This document shows, piece after piece, positions 9,317 through 18,865 of a stretch of DNA of 64,000 nucleotides. The stretch comes from an uncultured candidatus Brocadiaceae bacterium. Its GTDB lineage: Bacteria; Planctomycetota; Brocadiia; SM23-32. Position numbers and translations under genes: made by a program. The stretch is from positions 102,570 through 166,569 of the forward strand of contig CAYSWA010000003.1 in the NCBI GenBank assembly GCA_964434535.1, read 5' to 3'. The notes under the pieces were generated by a model. The model did no database searches, was not told the origin of the DNA, and was given only the letters and a program-made list of their open reading frames with translations. Numbering within the stretch: position 1 is the first letter of the stretch; each line of letters opens with the position of its first letter.

Positions 9317-9625
9317 ATGGCAGCGAAGGCGCGAGAGGAAGGCCCGGGCGACGCCGATGCGGCCCGGCCCGAGGACGAGGCGCCCCACGGGGGCTCGCTC
9401 GTGCCGTTCCGCGGCGTGCCGGGGATCGCCCCGGGCATCCAGGCGTTCCGCCGCGGCGACGTGATCCTCTACACCGTGCGCGGCGAGCCCGAGAAGGTCC
9501 AGGAGCTGATGGAGCGCCTCGACGCCCAGGGTGTGGGCGAGGTGGCCGCGCTGATTACTCATCGGACCGACGAGGGCCCGGGCGCGGCGCTGCCGCCCGA
9601 GGGCGCCGCGCAAGAGGAAGGGTGA
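9317..9625 (+). CDS. Hypothetical protein (102 aa)
   Basis: Own promoter, AAGG upstream, GC3-biased codons; fills the gap before convergent ruvC. Confidence 0.65.
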   Translation: MAAKAREEGPGDADAARPEDEAPHGGSLVPFRGVPGIAPGIQAFRRGDVILYTVRGEPEKVQELMERLDAQGVGEVAALITHRTDEGPGAALPPEGAAQEEG

Positions 9626-9641
9626 ACGCGCCGGCCGCCTC

Positions 9642-10118
9642 TCAGAGCGGGCTGGCCACGCGGTGGAAGTGGCAGATGGCGATGGCCAGGGCGTCGGCGG
9701 CGTCCTCCGGGTGCGGCGCCTCGGGCAGGCCGAGGATGGCCCGCACCATCTGCTGCACCTGCGACTTGTGCGCGCGGCCGTTGCCCACCACGGACTTCTT
9801 GACCTCGGCGGGGGCGTACTCGACCACGTCGCATCCGCGCTGCGCCGCCGCCAGGAGGGCCACTCCGCGACCCTCGCCGATCTTGAGCGCCGTGCGCACG
9901 TTCTTGCCGTAGAAGGCCCCTTCGACGGCCACAACGTCCGGCCCGAAGCGCTCCATCACCTCGCGCAGTCCGGCGAAGATGGCCGCCAACCGCTCCGGCA
10001 GGTCGCCGGCCGGGCCGCGCAGCGCGCCGTAGTCCACTGCGCGGGCCTGCGAGCCGTCGGTCTCGATCACGCCGTAGCCGCAGACCTGGGTGCCGGGGTC
10101 GATGCCGAGGATCCTCAT
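9642..10118 (-). CDS. ruvC: Holliday junction resolvase RuvC
   Basis: MRILGIDPG, VAVE, VKKSVVGNGRAHKSQV, DAADALAIAICH. Confidence 0.97.
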   Translation of the reverse strand: MRILGIDPGTQVCGYGVIETDGSQARAVDYGALRGPAGDLPERLAAIFAGLREVMERFGPDVVAVEGAFYGKNVRTALKIGEGRGVALLAAAQRGCDVVEYAPAEVKKSVVGNGRAHKSQVQQMVRAILGLPEAPHPEDAADALAIAICHFHRVASPL

Positions 10119-13100
10119 CGGGCGCGCCTCCCCGCCGGGGATCGGGCCGGGGGAGGGTCGTTGCGGCTCATCGCGAAGGTGACCCGCCCCCCGCCGACCA
10201 GCTCCTCCAGGCGCACTGCCAGGCGTTCGGACGGCTCGACCTTGGTCCCGTTGCCCACGCGGGCGCGGAGCCGAAACGCCTCTCCCTCCAGGTCTACGAA
10301 GACCGGCGCGGCCCCCCTCGTCTCACCCAGCACGTCGCGCAGGCCCTGCCAGAGCTCGGCGTCGGCCTCTTCGGCCGGCACCTGTACGCGAACCGAGCGA
10401 GCGCGGGCCTTCTCGAACGGGACGACCTCGTCGACGATGACCGAGGTGCCGCGGGTGTGGCTGAGGCGGCCGGCGAAGAAGAGCACCTCGCCCTCCTGGA
10501 CCAGCTCGCGGAACTGCTCGTAGGTGCGGGGGAAGAGCACGGCCTCGAAGGAGTTGCGCACGTCGAGCACCTTGAGCACGGCCATCGGGTCCTTGTTGCG
10601 CGTGGTGCGGCGGCGCAGCTTCTCGACCAGGCCGCCCATGACCACCTCGGCGCCGTCGGGGAGCTTGGCCAGGCCGTCGCTGGTGGCCGTGCAGAAGCGC
10701 CTGAGGCGGGCGCGGTGCTCCACCAGGGGGTCGTAGCGCACGTAGAGGCCGAGCGCTTCGCTCTCCTGGCGGGCCAGCTCCTGCTGGCTCAGGGGCGGCA
10801 CCTCGGGCAGGTTGGCGGCCATGCGCCTTTCGGGGTCTTCCTCCTGGATGGCGCCGAAGAGCGATTTCTGCCCGCTCAGGCGGTTGCGGCGCGCGCGTTG
10901 GCCGACCTGGATGGCGGTCTCGAGCAGGGCCGCCTGCTGGGCACGCGTGCCGGGCAGGTTGTCGAAGCAGCCGGCCTTCAGCAGGGCCTCCAGCGCGGCC
11001 CGTGTGACCTCGTGGGGGTCGACCCGCTCGCAGAAGTCGAACAGGCTGGCAAACGGGCCCCCTTCGCTGCGCGCCTCGATGACGCATTCGATGGCGCGGG
11101 CGCCGACGTTTTTGACCGCCCCGAGCCCGAAACGCAGCCGCCCCTCGCCGCGGGGGGTGAAGTCGGCCCGGCTCTCGTTGATGTCGGGCGGCAGGACCTC
11201 GATGCCGAGCTTGCCGCACTCCTCCATCAGGGCGACGACCTGGTCGGTCTTGCCCATCTCGATCGAGATGCTGGCGGCCATGAACTCGGTGGGGAAGTGG
11301 GCCTTCAGGTAGGCGGTGATGAAGGCCAGGAAGGCGTAGACGCTGGTGTGCGCCTTGTTGAAGCCGTAGCCGGCGAAGTGCAGGATCAGGGCGAACATCT
11401 CCTCGGCCGTCTCGCGCTCCAGCCCCCGCTCGGCGGCGCCCGCCACGAACTCCTCGTGGTAGCGGCGGATCACGCCCTCGTTTTTCTTGCTGACGGCCTT
11501 GATCATGGTATAGGCGTCGGCCATGCTCATCCCGGCCACCTGGTTGACGATGTGCATGATCTGTTCCTGGTAGACGATCACGCCGTAGGTGGGCTTCAGG
11601 ATCGGCTCGAGCGAGGGGTGCAGGTAGGTGATCTCGGCGCGGCCGTGGCGGCGGTTGATGAAGTCCTCCACCATCCCGCTCTGCAGGGGGCCGGGGCGAT
11701 AGAGGGCGACGGCGGCGATCAGGTCCTCGATGCAGTTCGGCTCCAGGCGGCGCAGCAGCCGCCGCATGCCCGCGCTGCCGAGCTGGAAGACGCCCTGGGT
11801 CAGGCCGCCGGTGATCAGCTCGTAGGTGGCGGGGTCGCCGGTGGGCAGCTTGTTCACGTCCAGGTCGGGGGGCTCTTTGCCCTCCTGGCGGATGATCTCG
11901 ACCGTCTTGGCGATGATGGTCAGGGTGGAGAGGCCCAGGAAGTCCATCTTCAGCATGCCCATGGCGGCCAGGTCGTCCATGGTCCACTGCGTCATGGCCT
12001 CGCCGTTGCTCAGCTTGCACAGGGGGACCATCTCCCAGAGCGGCCGGTCGCCGATGACCACGCCGGCCGCGTGCGTGCTGGCGTGGCGGGGCAGGCCCTC
12101 CAGCTGGCGGGCGTAGTCGAGCAGGCGGGCCACTTCCTCGTCCTCGGCGGCCATCTTCCGCAGCTCGGGCGCCTGCTCCAGGCCGTCCTCCAGGCCCTGG
12201 CGGGGGCCCTGGGGCAGCAGCTTGGCGATGCCGTCCACCTTCTTCAGCTCCATGGCGAGCACGCGGCCCACGTCGCGCACGCAGTTGCGGGCGCGTAGCG
12301 TGCCGAAGGTGATGATCTGCGCGGTGCTCTCGGGGCCGTAGCGGCGCCGCACGTAGTCGATGACCTCGCCCCGGCGCTGCTCGCAGAGGTCGATGTCGAT
12401 GTCCGGCGGCTCCTTGCGCTCCACGTCGAGCAGTCGGCTGAAGATCAGCCCGTAGTCCATCGGGTTCAGCCCCGTCATGCCGAGCGCGTGGGCGACCAGG
12501 CTGCCCGCGCCGCTGCCGCGCATGCCGACGGGGATGTCGTTCTCGCGCGCGAAGCGCACGAAGTCCCAGCAGATCAGGAAGTAGTCGACGTAGCCCGTCT
12601 GCTCGATGGTGTCCAGCTCGTACTCGAGCCGTTCGCGCATCTCCTCGCAGAGCTCGCCGTAGCGCTCGCGCAGCCCCTCGGTGGCGAGCCTGCGCAGCAG
12701 GGCGGGGTTCTCATCCGGGGAGGCGTCCTCGTGGTGGAAGGCGGGGTACTTGCGCGAGTCGTCCAGCTCGACCTCGCACATCCGGGCGATGCGCGCCGTG
12801 TTGGCCAGCGCTTCGGGCAGATGCGGGAAGGCCGCCGCCATCTCCTCGGGGCTCTTGAAGTAGATCTGGTCGGTGCTCATGCGGAAGCGGTCCGGCTCGT
12901 CCAGCGTCGCCCGCGTGTTGATGCACAGCAGCACGTCGTGCCAGCTCCGGTCGTCGGCCTCCAGGTAGTGGCAGTCGTTGGTTGCCACCAGGGGGATGCC
13001 CATCCGCCGCGCCAGCTCGACCGAGGGGCCGAGCACGCGGCTCTGCTCCTCCAGGCCGTGGTCCTGGAGCTCGACGTAGAACCGCTCGGGGCCGAACAGG

Positions 13101-13600
13101 TCGCGCAGGTCGCCCAGCCAGGCGGCCGCCTCGTCCTCGGCGCCGGCCAGCAGAAGCTGGTTGGAGCGGCTGTGCAGGCATCCGCTGAGGCAGATCAGGC
13201 CCTCGGCGCAGTCCTCCAGCAGCGCATAGTCGATGCGGGGCTTGTAGTAGAGCCCCTCCAGGTAGGCCAGGCTCGACATCTTCAGCAGGTTGGCGTAGCC
13301 GGCCTGGTCGGCCGCCAGGAAGGTGAGGTGGAACAGCTCCTGCCCCCCGCGCACGTGCTCGCGCGCTCGGCGGTCGCCGCAGGTGAAGTAGCCCTCGTAG
13401 CCGATCAGGGGTTTGACGCCGCTGCGGCGCATGGCCTGGTGGAACTCGACCGCGCCGTACATGTTGCCGTGGTCGGTGATGGCCACGGCGGGCATGCCCA
13501 TCCGCGCGGCGGTCTCGGCCAGGCGATCGATGCGGCAGGCGCCGTCCAGCAGGCTGTACTGCGTGTGCACGTGCAGGTGGCAGAACGTGTCCGACGGCAT
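10115..13600 (-). CDS. dnaE: DNA polymerase III alpha subunit
   Basis: HLHVHTQYSLLDG PHP domain, RGSGAGS, PDIDID, KMDFLGL, YGFNKAH. ATG at 13600. Confidence 0.97.
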   Translation of the reverse strand: MPSDTFCHLHVHTQYSLLDGACRIDRLAETAARMGMPAVAITDHGNMYGAVEFHQAMRRSGVKPLIGYEGYFTCGDRRAREHVRGGQELFHLTFLAADQAGYANLLKMSSLAYLEGLYYKPRIDYALLEDCAEGLICLSGCLHSRSNQLLLAGAEDEAAAWLGDLRDLFGPERFYVELQDHGLEEQSRVLGPSVELARRMGIPLVATNDCHYLEADDRSWHDVLLCINTRATLDEPDRFRMSTDQIYFKSPEEMAAAFPHLPEALANTARIARMCEVELDDSRKYPAFHHEDASPDENPALLRRLATEGLRERYGELCEEMRERLEYELDTIEQTGYVDYFLICWDFVRFARENDIPVGMRGSGAGSLVAHALGMTGLNPMDYGLIFSRLLDVERKEPPDIDIDLCEQRRGEVIDYVRRRYGPESTAQIITFGTLRARNCVRDVGRVLAMELKKVDGIAKLLPQGPRQGLEDGLEQAPELRKMAAEDEEVARLLDYARQLEGLPRHASTHAAGVVIGDRPLWEMVPLCKLSNGEAMTQWTMDDLAAMGMLKMDFLGLSTLTIIAKTVEIIRQEGKEPPDLDVNKLPTGDPATYELITGGLTQGVFQLGSAGMRRLLRRLEPNCIEDLIAAVALYRPGPLQSGMVEDFINRRHGRAEITYLHPSLEPILKPTYGVIVYQEQIMHIVNQVAGMSMADAYTMIKAVSKKNEGVIRRYHEEFVAGAAERGLERETAEEMFALILHFAGYGFNKAHTSVYAFLAFITAYLKAHFPTEFMAASISIEMGKTDQVVALMEECGKLGIEVLPPDINESRADFTPRGEGRLRFGLGAVKNVGARAIECVIEARSEGGPFASLFDFCERVDPHEVTRAALEALLKAGCFDNLPGTRAQQAALLETAIQVGQRARRNRLSGQKSLFGAIQEEDPERRMAANLPEVPPLSQQELARQESEALGLYVRYDPLVEHRARLRRFCTATSDGLAKLPDGAEVVMGGLVEKLRRRTTRNKDPMAVLKVLDVRNSFEAVLFPRTYEQFRELVQEGEVLFFAGRLSHTRGTSVIVDEVVPFEKARARSVRVQVPAEEADAELWQGLRDVLGETRGAAPVFVDLEGEAFRLRARVGNGTKVEPSERLAVRLEELVGGGRVTFAMSRNDPPPARSPAGRRAR

Positions 13601-13654
13601 CGTTGCCCTGGCGGTTCGAAGGCGAGCGGGGCGCCGGCCCGGCCGGCTGCCGCC

Positions 13655-13683
13655 ATTGTAGTGAGGGGCCGCCGGGCGGTCAA
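13655..13683 (-). promoter_or_regulatory. sigma70-type promoter of dnaE-ruvC
   Basis: TTGACC-17 nt-TACAAT. Confidence 0.7.
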
Positions 13684-13793
13684 GCCGGGGCGCTCCGCCC
13701 TGCCGCTCCCCGGCGGGGGCTCCAAGACTCGAGACCCGAGACCCCGGAGCCGAAACCGGGCACTGTCCCCGAATCTCGTCGGCCCGGACCACT

Positions 13794-15098
13794 CTACCGG
13801 CCGGCGCGTTCGGCGGGCAGCTCGTTGGGCAGGCCGACGGCCTCCGCGCAGACCCGGCCCGCCCGCTCCGCGTCGGCCTCGACGCGCGGGCTCGCGAAGA
13901 CGTAGAGCCGCCAGAGCTGCTCGTGCTGGTGCTTGAGGAGCTGGATCTCCTCGCTGTTCAGCTCCGAGAGCCTGGTGATGCGCCCCTCGGGCACGATCAC
14001 CGGCACCTCCGCCTCCTTCAGGGCCATGCCGGCCGGAGCGCAGTAGACGGCGATGCGGTGCGGGTCGGCGCCGAGCTCGCGGGCGATCCGCGCCTCGGCC
14101 TCGCCCCGCGCGTCGCCCTCGTTGAGGTGGTAGCGGCGGACGGCCTCGGCGACGGCCTCCTCCCCGATGCGGCGGGTCACCATGTAGCAGCGCTTGAAGA
14201 GGCGGCGGGCGCGGAACTCGTCGAGCAGCTCCACGAGCGCCTCGTCGCCGGCGAAGCGCCGGCGCAGGTCATAGATGAGCGAGTCGTCGCTCAGCGCGCA
14301 GAGCTCGGCCTCGCTCAGTCCGCCCGCCATGGCGCGCTCGACGGCCTTGGAGATCATGACGCCGGCGGCCATCTTGGCGTGGTGGTAGTAGACGCGCTCG
14401 CTGAGCACGTAGCGGATGCGCAGCAGGTTGGTGACCTCGCTGAGGGCGTCGCGGCGGAACAGGCCGCCCTGCGACATGTCGAGCGCGAGCCGGCCGCCGG
14501 CGACGCGGAAGTAGTGGAAGACGCGCTCGTCGAACTCGTAGCTGAGGCCGCAGAAGTAGTTGTCCCGCTTGAGGTAGTCGAGCAGGTCGGCGCAGATGGT
14601 TCCGCTGACGATCTGGCGCAGGCATGCCTGCTCGGGGGGCAGCTCGCCGCCGGGGGCGAGGAGCTTCAGGGCGAGGCGGCCGGCCTCCGAGCGCCCGAGC
14701 AGATCGCCCAGCTCGCCCCGGCCGAGCAGCAGCTCGTAGCGCCGCTCGCTCTGGTCGTGGCGCGGCAGCAGGCGGCGCTCGTCCTCGAAGGTGTGGCCGA
14801 AGGGGATGTGGGTGACGTCGTGGACGAGCGAGGCGAGGAAGACGGCCCGCTGCTCCTGCTCGGAGAGCCCGCCGCCGCCGGAGTCGGCCATGCGCTCGAC
14901 GATGCGCTTGGCCATCCAGCACGTGCCCAGGCAGTGCTCGAAGCGGGTGTGGTGCGCGCTGGGGTAGACGTAGTAGGCGGCGCCGAGCTGGCGAATGCCC
15001 CGCAGGCGCTGCATCTGGGGGGTGTCGATGGCGGCCATCTGCTCGGGGTCGAGGAAGATGTCCTTGTGCACGGCGTCGCGCAGCTTCCTGGCGTGCAT
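13794..15098 (-). CDS. HD-domain phosphohydrolase (SAMHD1/dNTPase-like)
   Basis: RDAVH, QRLRGIRQLG, YPSAHHTRFEHCLG, LVHDVTHIPFGHTFE, DLLDYLKRD, VYYHH. Confidence 0.9.
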   Translation of the reverse strand: MHARKLRDAVHKDIFLDPEQMAAIDTPQMQRLRGIRQLGAAYYVYPSAHHTRFEHCLGTCWMAKRIVERMADSGGGGLSEQEQRAVFLASLVHDVTHIPFGHTFEDERRLLPRHDQSERRYELLLGRGELGDLLGRSEAGRLALKLLAPGGELPPEQACLRQIVSGTICADLLDYLKRDNYFCGLSYEFDERVFHYFRVAGGRLALDMSQGGLFRRDALSEVTNLLRIRYVLSERVYYHHAKMAAGVMISKAVERAMAGGLSEAELCALSDDSLIYDLRRRFAGDEALVELLDEFRARRLFKRCYMVTRRIGEEAVAEAVRRYHLNEGDARGEAEARIARELGADPHRIAVYCAPAGMALKEAEVPVIVPEGRITRLSELNSEEIQLLKHQHEQLWRLYVFASPRVEADAERAGRVCAEAVGLPNELPAERAGR

Positions 15099-15103
15099 GA
15101 CGG

Positions 15104-15694
15104 CTACCGCCCTTCCCCCTCGGCGGCGGGGCGGGCGACCCGTCCGAAGTCCCGGCGCCGGGGCAGGTCCTTCAGCGACTTGAGCCCGAATGCCTCCAGG
15201 AACTGCCTCGTCGTCCCGTAGAGCAGCGGCCGCCCCAGCTCTTCGCTCTTGCCGGTGACGCGGATGAGGCGCTTCTCCACCAGCGAGCGCAGGATATGGC
15301 CGCACTGCACGCCCCGGATGTCCTCGACCTGTGCGCGCGTGATCGGCTGGCGGTAGGCGACGATGGCGAGCGTCTCCAGGGCGGCCTTGCTCAGCGTCTC
15401 CTGCTGCTGGCGGCTGTGGAGCCTGCTGACGTAGGGGGCGAACTCGGCGCGGGTCAAGAGCTGGAACCCCCCGGCCAGCTCCTCCACGGCGAAGGCGCGC
15501 CCGGCCGCCTCGTACTCCTCGCGCAGCTCCGCCACGATGCGCCGCGCCTGGTTGCCGTCCGCCGCGCCGGACAGCTCGGCCAGCCGGCCCGCCCCGATCG
15601 GCCGCGCCGAACTGAAAAGCAGCGCCTCGATGACCCGCTTGACGTGCTCGGGCCCGTCAGCGCCGGCCTGCCCGCTGGGTGCCTCCTCGCTCAT
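15104..15694 (-). CDS. scpB: SMC-Scp complex subunit ScpB
   Basis: IEALLF, LSKAALETLAIVAYRQPITR, IRGV, GRPLLYGTT, FGLKSLKDLP. Confidence 0.95.
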   Translation of the reverse strand: MSEEAPSGQAGADGPEHVKRVIEALLFSSARPIGAGRLAELSGAADGNQARRIVAELREEYEAAGRAFAVEELAGGFQLLTRAEFAPYVSRLHSRQQQETLSKAALETLAIVAYRQPITRAQVEDIRGVQCGHILRSLVEKRLIRVTGKSEELGRPLLYGTTRQFLEAFGLKSLKDLPRRRDFGRVARPAAEGEGR

Positions 15695-16374
15695 CCGCCG
15701 TATGCCTCCTCGGTCGCCTCGATGGTCCGGGTCACGGCCTCGCGCACGGCCCGCACGGCCGCATTGCTGGTGATGGTGGCGCCGGTGATCGCCTCCACCT
15801 GTCCGGCTGCGGGGAGTTCTGCCGGCAGATCGGACAGGCGCAGTCCGCTGAACTGCTCCTGGAACCAGGGCCGCTTCGGCGGCCCGTCCGCCGGCTCCGC
15901 CCCGGCGAGCTTGCCCCAGAGGCTCACGTCCTTCTCCACGGCCTTGATGTTCTCGCCCAGGCCGGGGGTCTCCTGGCTGGCCACGACGGCCACGGCGCGG
16001 ATGCGGGGGTCGGGGCCGACCGGCGCGCCGGGCGCCCGTCCCTGCACGGAAACGAGCACCTTGATCACGCTGCTGTAGCCCTTGGCGGTGCCCACGGCGG
16101 CGTAGAGGGGCACGGGGCCGGCGCGGCTGAGGTAGACCTTCTGCTCCTCGGGCGTGCCGGCCGGGTAGTGGCCGACCACGTCGTAGCCCTCGGCCTCGCC
16201 GAGGACGAGCGCCAGCGTCTCGCGGAAGACGCTCTGCGCCTTCGCCTCGATCTCGTCCTGCATGCGCCAGTAGAGCAGGCCGACGCCGGCGCCGCTTCCG
16301 AGGCAGATGGCGGCCAGGATCAGTATCCCGGCGGCGAGCTTGCTCTGCTGCGTCCTTTGCGCGGCGTCGCTCAT
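15691..16374 (-). CDS. rnfG: Rnf complex subunit G (FMN-binding)
   Basis: N-terminal TM helix, GYSS, ETPGLG, WFQEQF, flavinylation motif ITGATITS. ATG at 16374. Confidence 0.88.
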   Translation of the reverse strand: MSDAAQRTQQSKLAAGILILAAICLGSGAGVGLLYWRMQDEIEAKAQSVFRETLALVLGEAEGYDVVGHYPAGTPEEQKVYLSRAGPVPLYAAVGTAKGYSSVIKVLVSVQGRAPGAPVGPDPRIRAVAVVASQETPGLGENIKAVEKDVSLWGKLAGAEPADGPPKRPWFQEQFSGLRLSDLPAELPAAGQVEAITGATITSNAAVRAVREAVTRTIEATEEAYGG

Positions 16375-17396
16375 GTTCCCCTCGGGGTTGCCTTCGGCGT
16401 CCTGGCGCCGTAGAAGGTGGGCTGGACCCAGCGATCGATCAGCGGCGTGAAGGTGTTCATCAGCACGATGGAGTAGGCGACGCCCTCCGGATAGCCGCCG
16501 TAGCGCCGGATCAGCGCGACCAGCAGCCCGCAGCCGACCCCGAAGACGGCCTTGCCCCGGCGCGTCACCGGCGTGGTCACCATGTCGGTGGCCATGAACA
16601 GGGCGCCGATCATCAGCCCGCCGGCGAGCAGGTGGTAGACGGGGTCGTCGGCCCAGGCCGGCTCGCCGGCGCGCGCCGGCAGCAGCCACGTCAGCACGAA
16701 GACGGTGCCGAGGCAGGCGACGGGGATGCGCCAGTCGACGACCCGTCGGGCGATCAGGAAGAGCCCGCCGGCGATCAGGGCGACCTTGCACGTCTCGCCG
16801 ATGCCGCCGGGCAGTCCGTTGCCGAACAGCAGCTCCAGGTGGGTGAAGCGCACGGCGCCGACGGCCTTCGCCAGCGGCGTGGCCATGGTCTGCGCGTCGG
16901 GGGCCGCGCCCCAGAGCATCCGGGGCACGGGCCACTGCGAGAGGCTGATCTGTGCGGGATAGGCGAACTGCAGGAAGACGCGCGCGGCGAGCGCCGGGTT
17001 CCAGATGTTGTTGCCCAGCCCCCCGAAGGCGTGCTTGGCGATGGCGATGGCGAAGGCCCCGCCGACCACGGGCACGTACCACGCCACGCTCGCCGGCAGC
17101 ACCATGGCCAGCAGCATGCCGGTGAGGAAGGCGCTGCCGTCCAGGGCGTGCTCGACGGGGCGGCCGCGCGCCTTCAGGCAGGCCGCCTCGGTCGCTTCCG
17201 CCGCGGCGACGGCGAGCGCGTAGAGGCCGAGCGCACGGAGGCCGAACAGGTAGAGGCTGATCAGCGCCGCCGGGGCGAGCGCGGCGGCGACCGTCCACAT
17301 GATCCGGCGGATCTCGTCGCTGTCGCGCACGTGGGGCGAGGCGCCGACCAGCAGCCTGACGTCCAGGGAATCGACCTGACCGGACTCGCTCGCCAC
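16371..17396 (-). CDS. rnfD: Rnf complex subunit D
   Basis: SPHV, FGGLGNNIWNPAL, TMATPL, GGIGET, FMATDMVTTP, GGYPEG. Confidence 0.95.
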   Translation of the reverse strand: MASESGQVDSLDVRLLVGASPHVRDSDEIRRIMWTVAAALAPAALISLYLFGLRALGLYALAVAAAEATEAACLKARGRPVEHALDGSAFLTGMLLAMVLPASVAWYVPVVGGAFAIAIAKHAFGGLGNNIWNPALAARVFLQFAYPAQISLSQWPVPRMLWGAAPDAQTMATPLAKAVGAVRFTHLELLFGNGLPGGIGETCKVALIAGGLFLIARRVVDWRIPVACLGTVFVLTWLLPARAGEPAWADDPVYHLLAGGLMIGALFMATDMVTTPVTRRGKAVFGVGCGLLVALIRRYGGYPEGVAYSIVLMNTFTPLIDRWVQPTFYGARTPKATPRGT

Positions 17397-17397
17397 C

Positions 17398-18741
17398 TCA
17401 GGTGCCCCCCTTCTGGCGCGCGCGCCGGTGGCGCAGCTCCGCCTTGCCGAACTTGGTCATCTGCACGATGCGCCGCCGGGCCGGGCAGACGTAGGCGCAG
17501 CAGCCGCACTCCTTGCATTCGAGCATGCCGTAGCCGACGGCGGCGTCCCAATCGTGCCTCTCCATGGCGATGCTCATCTCGCCCGGCATCAGCCGCAGCG
17601 GGCAGGCGTCCACGCAGCGCCCGCAGCGGATGCAGGCGCGCTGGGGCGGTATGGACGCGCCACGCCTGAGGATGATGCAGTTATTGCCCTTGACCAGGGG
17701 CGTATCGAGCGTGCCCTGGGCGATGCCCATCATCGGCCCGCCGAGGATCACCTGGTTGGTCCCCGCGCGCATGCCCTGGCGGGCGACGATGGCGGCGAGG
17801 GATGCGCCGATCCGCTCGACGAAGTTGCCCGCCGCCTCCGCCCCGTCGCCGGTGACGGTGAGGGGCCGCTCGATCAGGGGCCGGCGGAAGCGGATCGCCT
17901 CGCGGATCGCCAGCGTCGTGGCCACGTTGTGCACCAGGCAACCCACGTCGCCGGGCAGGCCGCCCTGGCTGGGCACCTCGCGGCCGGTCACGGCGCTGAT
18001 GAGCTGCTGCTCGGCGCCCTGGGGGTAGCGGACCTCCAGGGGCACGACGGCGATGTCCGTCTCGCCGGCCAGCGCCGCCTCGAAGGCATCGATCGCGTCC
18101 GGCTTGTTCAGCTCGATCCCGACCCAGCCCCGGGGGGCGGCGACGATGCGCATGATCAGGCGCAGCCCGTCGATGACCTCCGCGGTGCGCTCCAGCATCA
18201 GGCGGTGGTCGACGGTGACGTAGGGCTCGCACTCGGTGCCGTTGACGAACGCGTCGCTGATCGGCATGTCGGGCGGGGGGCTCAGCTTGACGTGCGCGGG
18301 GAAGGTGGCCCCGCCCATGCCGACCACGCCGCACTCCAGCACGAGTTCGGCCATGTGGCGGGTGTCCATGGCCTCCACGTCCTGCGGCTCGTCCAGCCCC
18401 TCGGCCCAGCGCTCCTCGCCGTCGTTCTCGATCACGACGGCCGGCACGCGGGCGCCGGTCACGTTGTAGACGCGCGGCTCGACGGCCTTGACCGTGCCGC
18501 TGACCGGCGCGTGGACGTTGGCGCTGATGTAGCCCTGCGCCTCGCCGATGAGCTGGCCCTTGTCGACCTTCTCCTTCTTTTTGACCACCGGGGCGGCCGG
18601 CGCGCCGATGTGCTGCACCATCAGCACGGCCACCTCGGCGGGCGGCTCGCTGACGCAGAGCGGCACGCCGCGGGTGCGCTCCTTCTGCTCGGCGGGATGC
18701 ACGCCGCCGTGCCGGAACGTCGCTGTCGCCAGCTCACTCAT
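17398..18741 (-). CDS. rnfC: Rnf complex subunit C
   Basis: QHIGAP, HAPVSG, GMGGATFP, ECEPY, YPQGAE, CIRCGRCVDACP and CKECGCCAYVCP. Confidence 0.96.
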   Translation of the reverse strand: MSELATATFRHGGVHPAEQKERTRGVPLCVSEPPAEVAVLMVQHIGAPAAPVVKKKEKVDKGQLIGEAQGYISANVHAPVSGTVKAVEPRVYNVTGARVPAVVIENDGEERWAEGLDEPQDVEAMDTRHMAELVLECGVVGMGGATFPAHVKLSPPPDMPISDAFVNGTECEPYVTVDHRLMLERTAEVIDGLRLIMRIVAAPRGWVGIELNKPDAIDAFEAALAGETDIAVVPLEVRYPQGAEQQLISAVTGREVPSQGGLPGDVGCLVHNVATTLAIREAIRFRRPLIERPLTVTGDGAEAAGNFVERIGASLAAIVARQGMRAGTNQVILGGPMMGIAQGTLDTPLVKGNNCIILRRGASIPPQRACIRCGRCVDACPLRLMPGEMSIAMERHDWDAAVGYGMLECKECGCCAYVCPARRRIVQMTKFGKAELRHRRARQKGGT

Positions 18742-18758
18742 GGGTCATCCCGCGCGAG

Positions 18759-18865
18759 AAACCGGAACCGCAGATGAACGCGGATAAACGCGGATGAACG
18801 GGCCAACACTGTCCCACACGCCGTGGCCGTTCAATCTCCAATCTGCAATCTTCCATGCCGTTCCC
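18759..18865. repeat. Modular intergenic repeat cluster (AACGCGGAT decamers plus CAATCT heptamers)
   Basis: GGAACCGCAGATGAACGCGGATAAACGCGGATGAACGG and TTCAATCTCCAATCTGCAATCTTCCA. Confidence 0.75.

Noticed and set aside
10115-13600. Intein in DnaE
   Set aside because: Length (1161 aa) and motif spacing are normal, and there are no intein splice motifs.
13794-15694. Wadjet/Mks-like or dGTPase anti-phage island
   Set aside because: ScpB is the canonical housekeeping type with no jetA/C/D, and the context and composition look like core genome. A defence role for the HD protein is unsupported.
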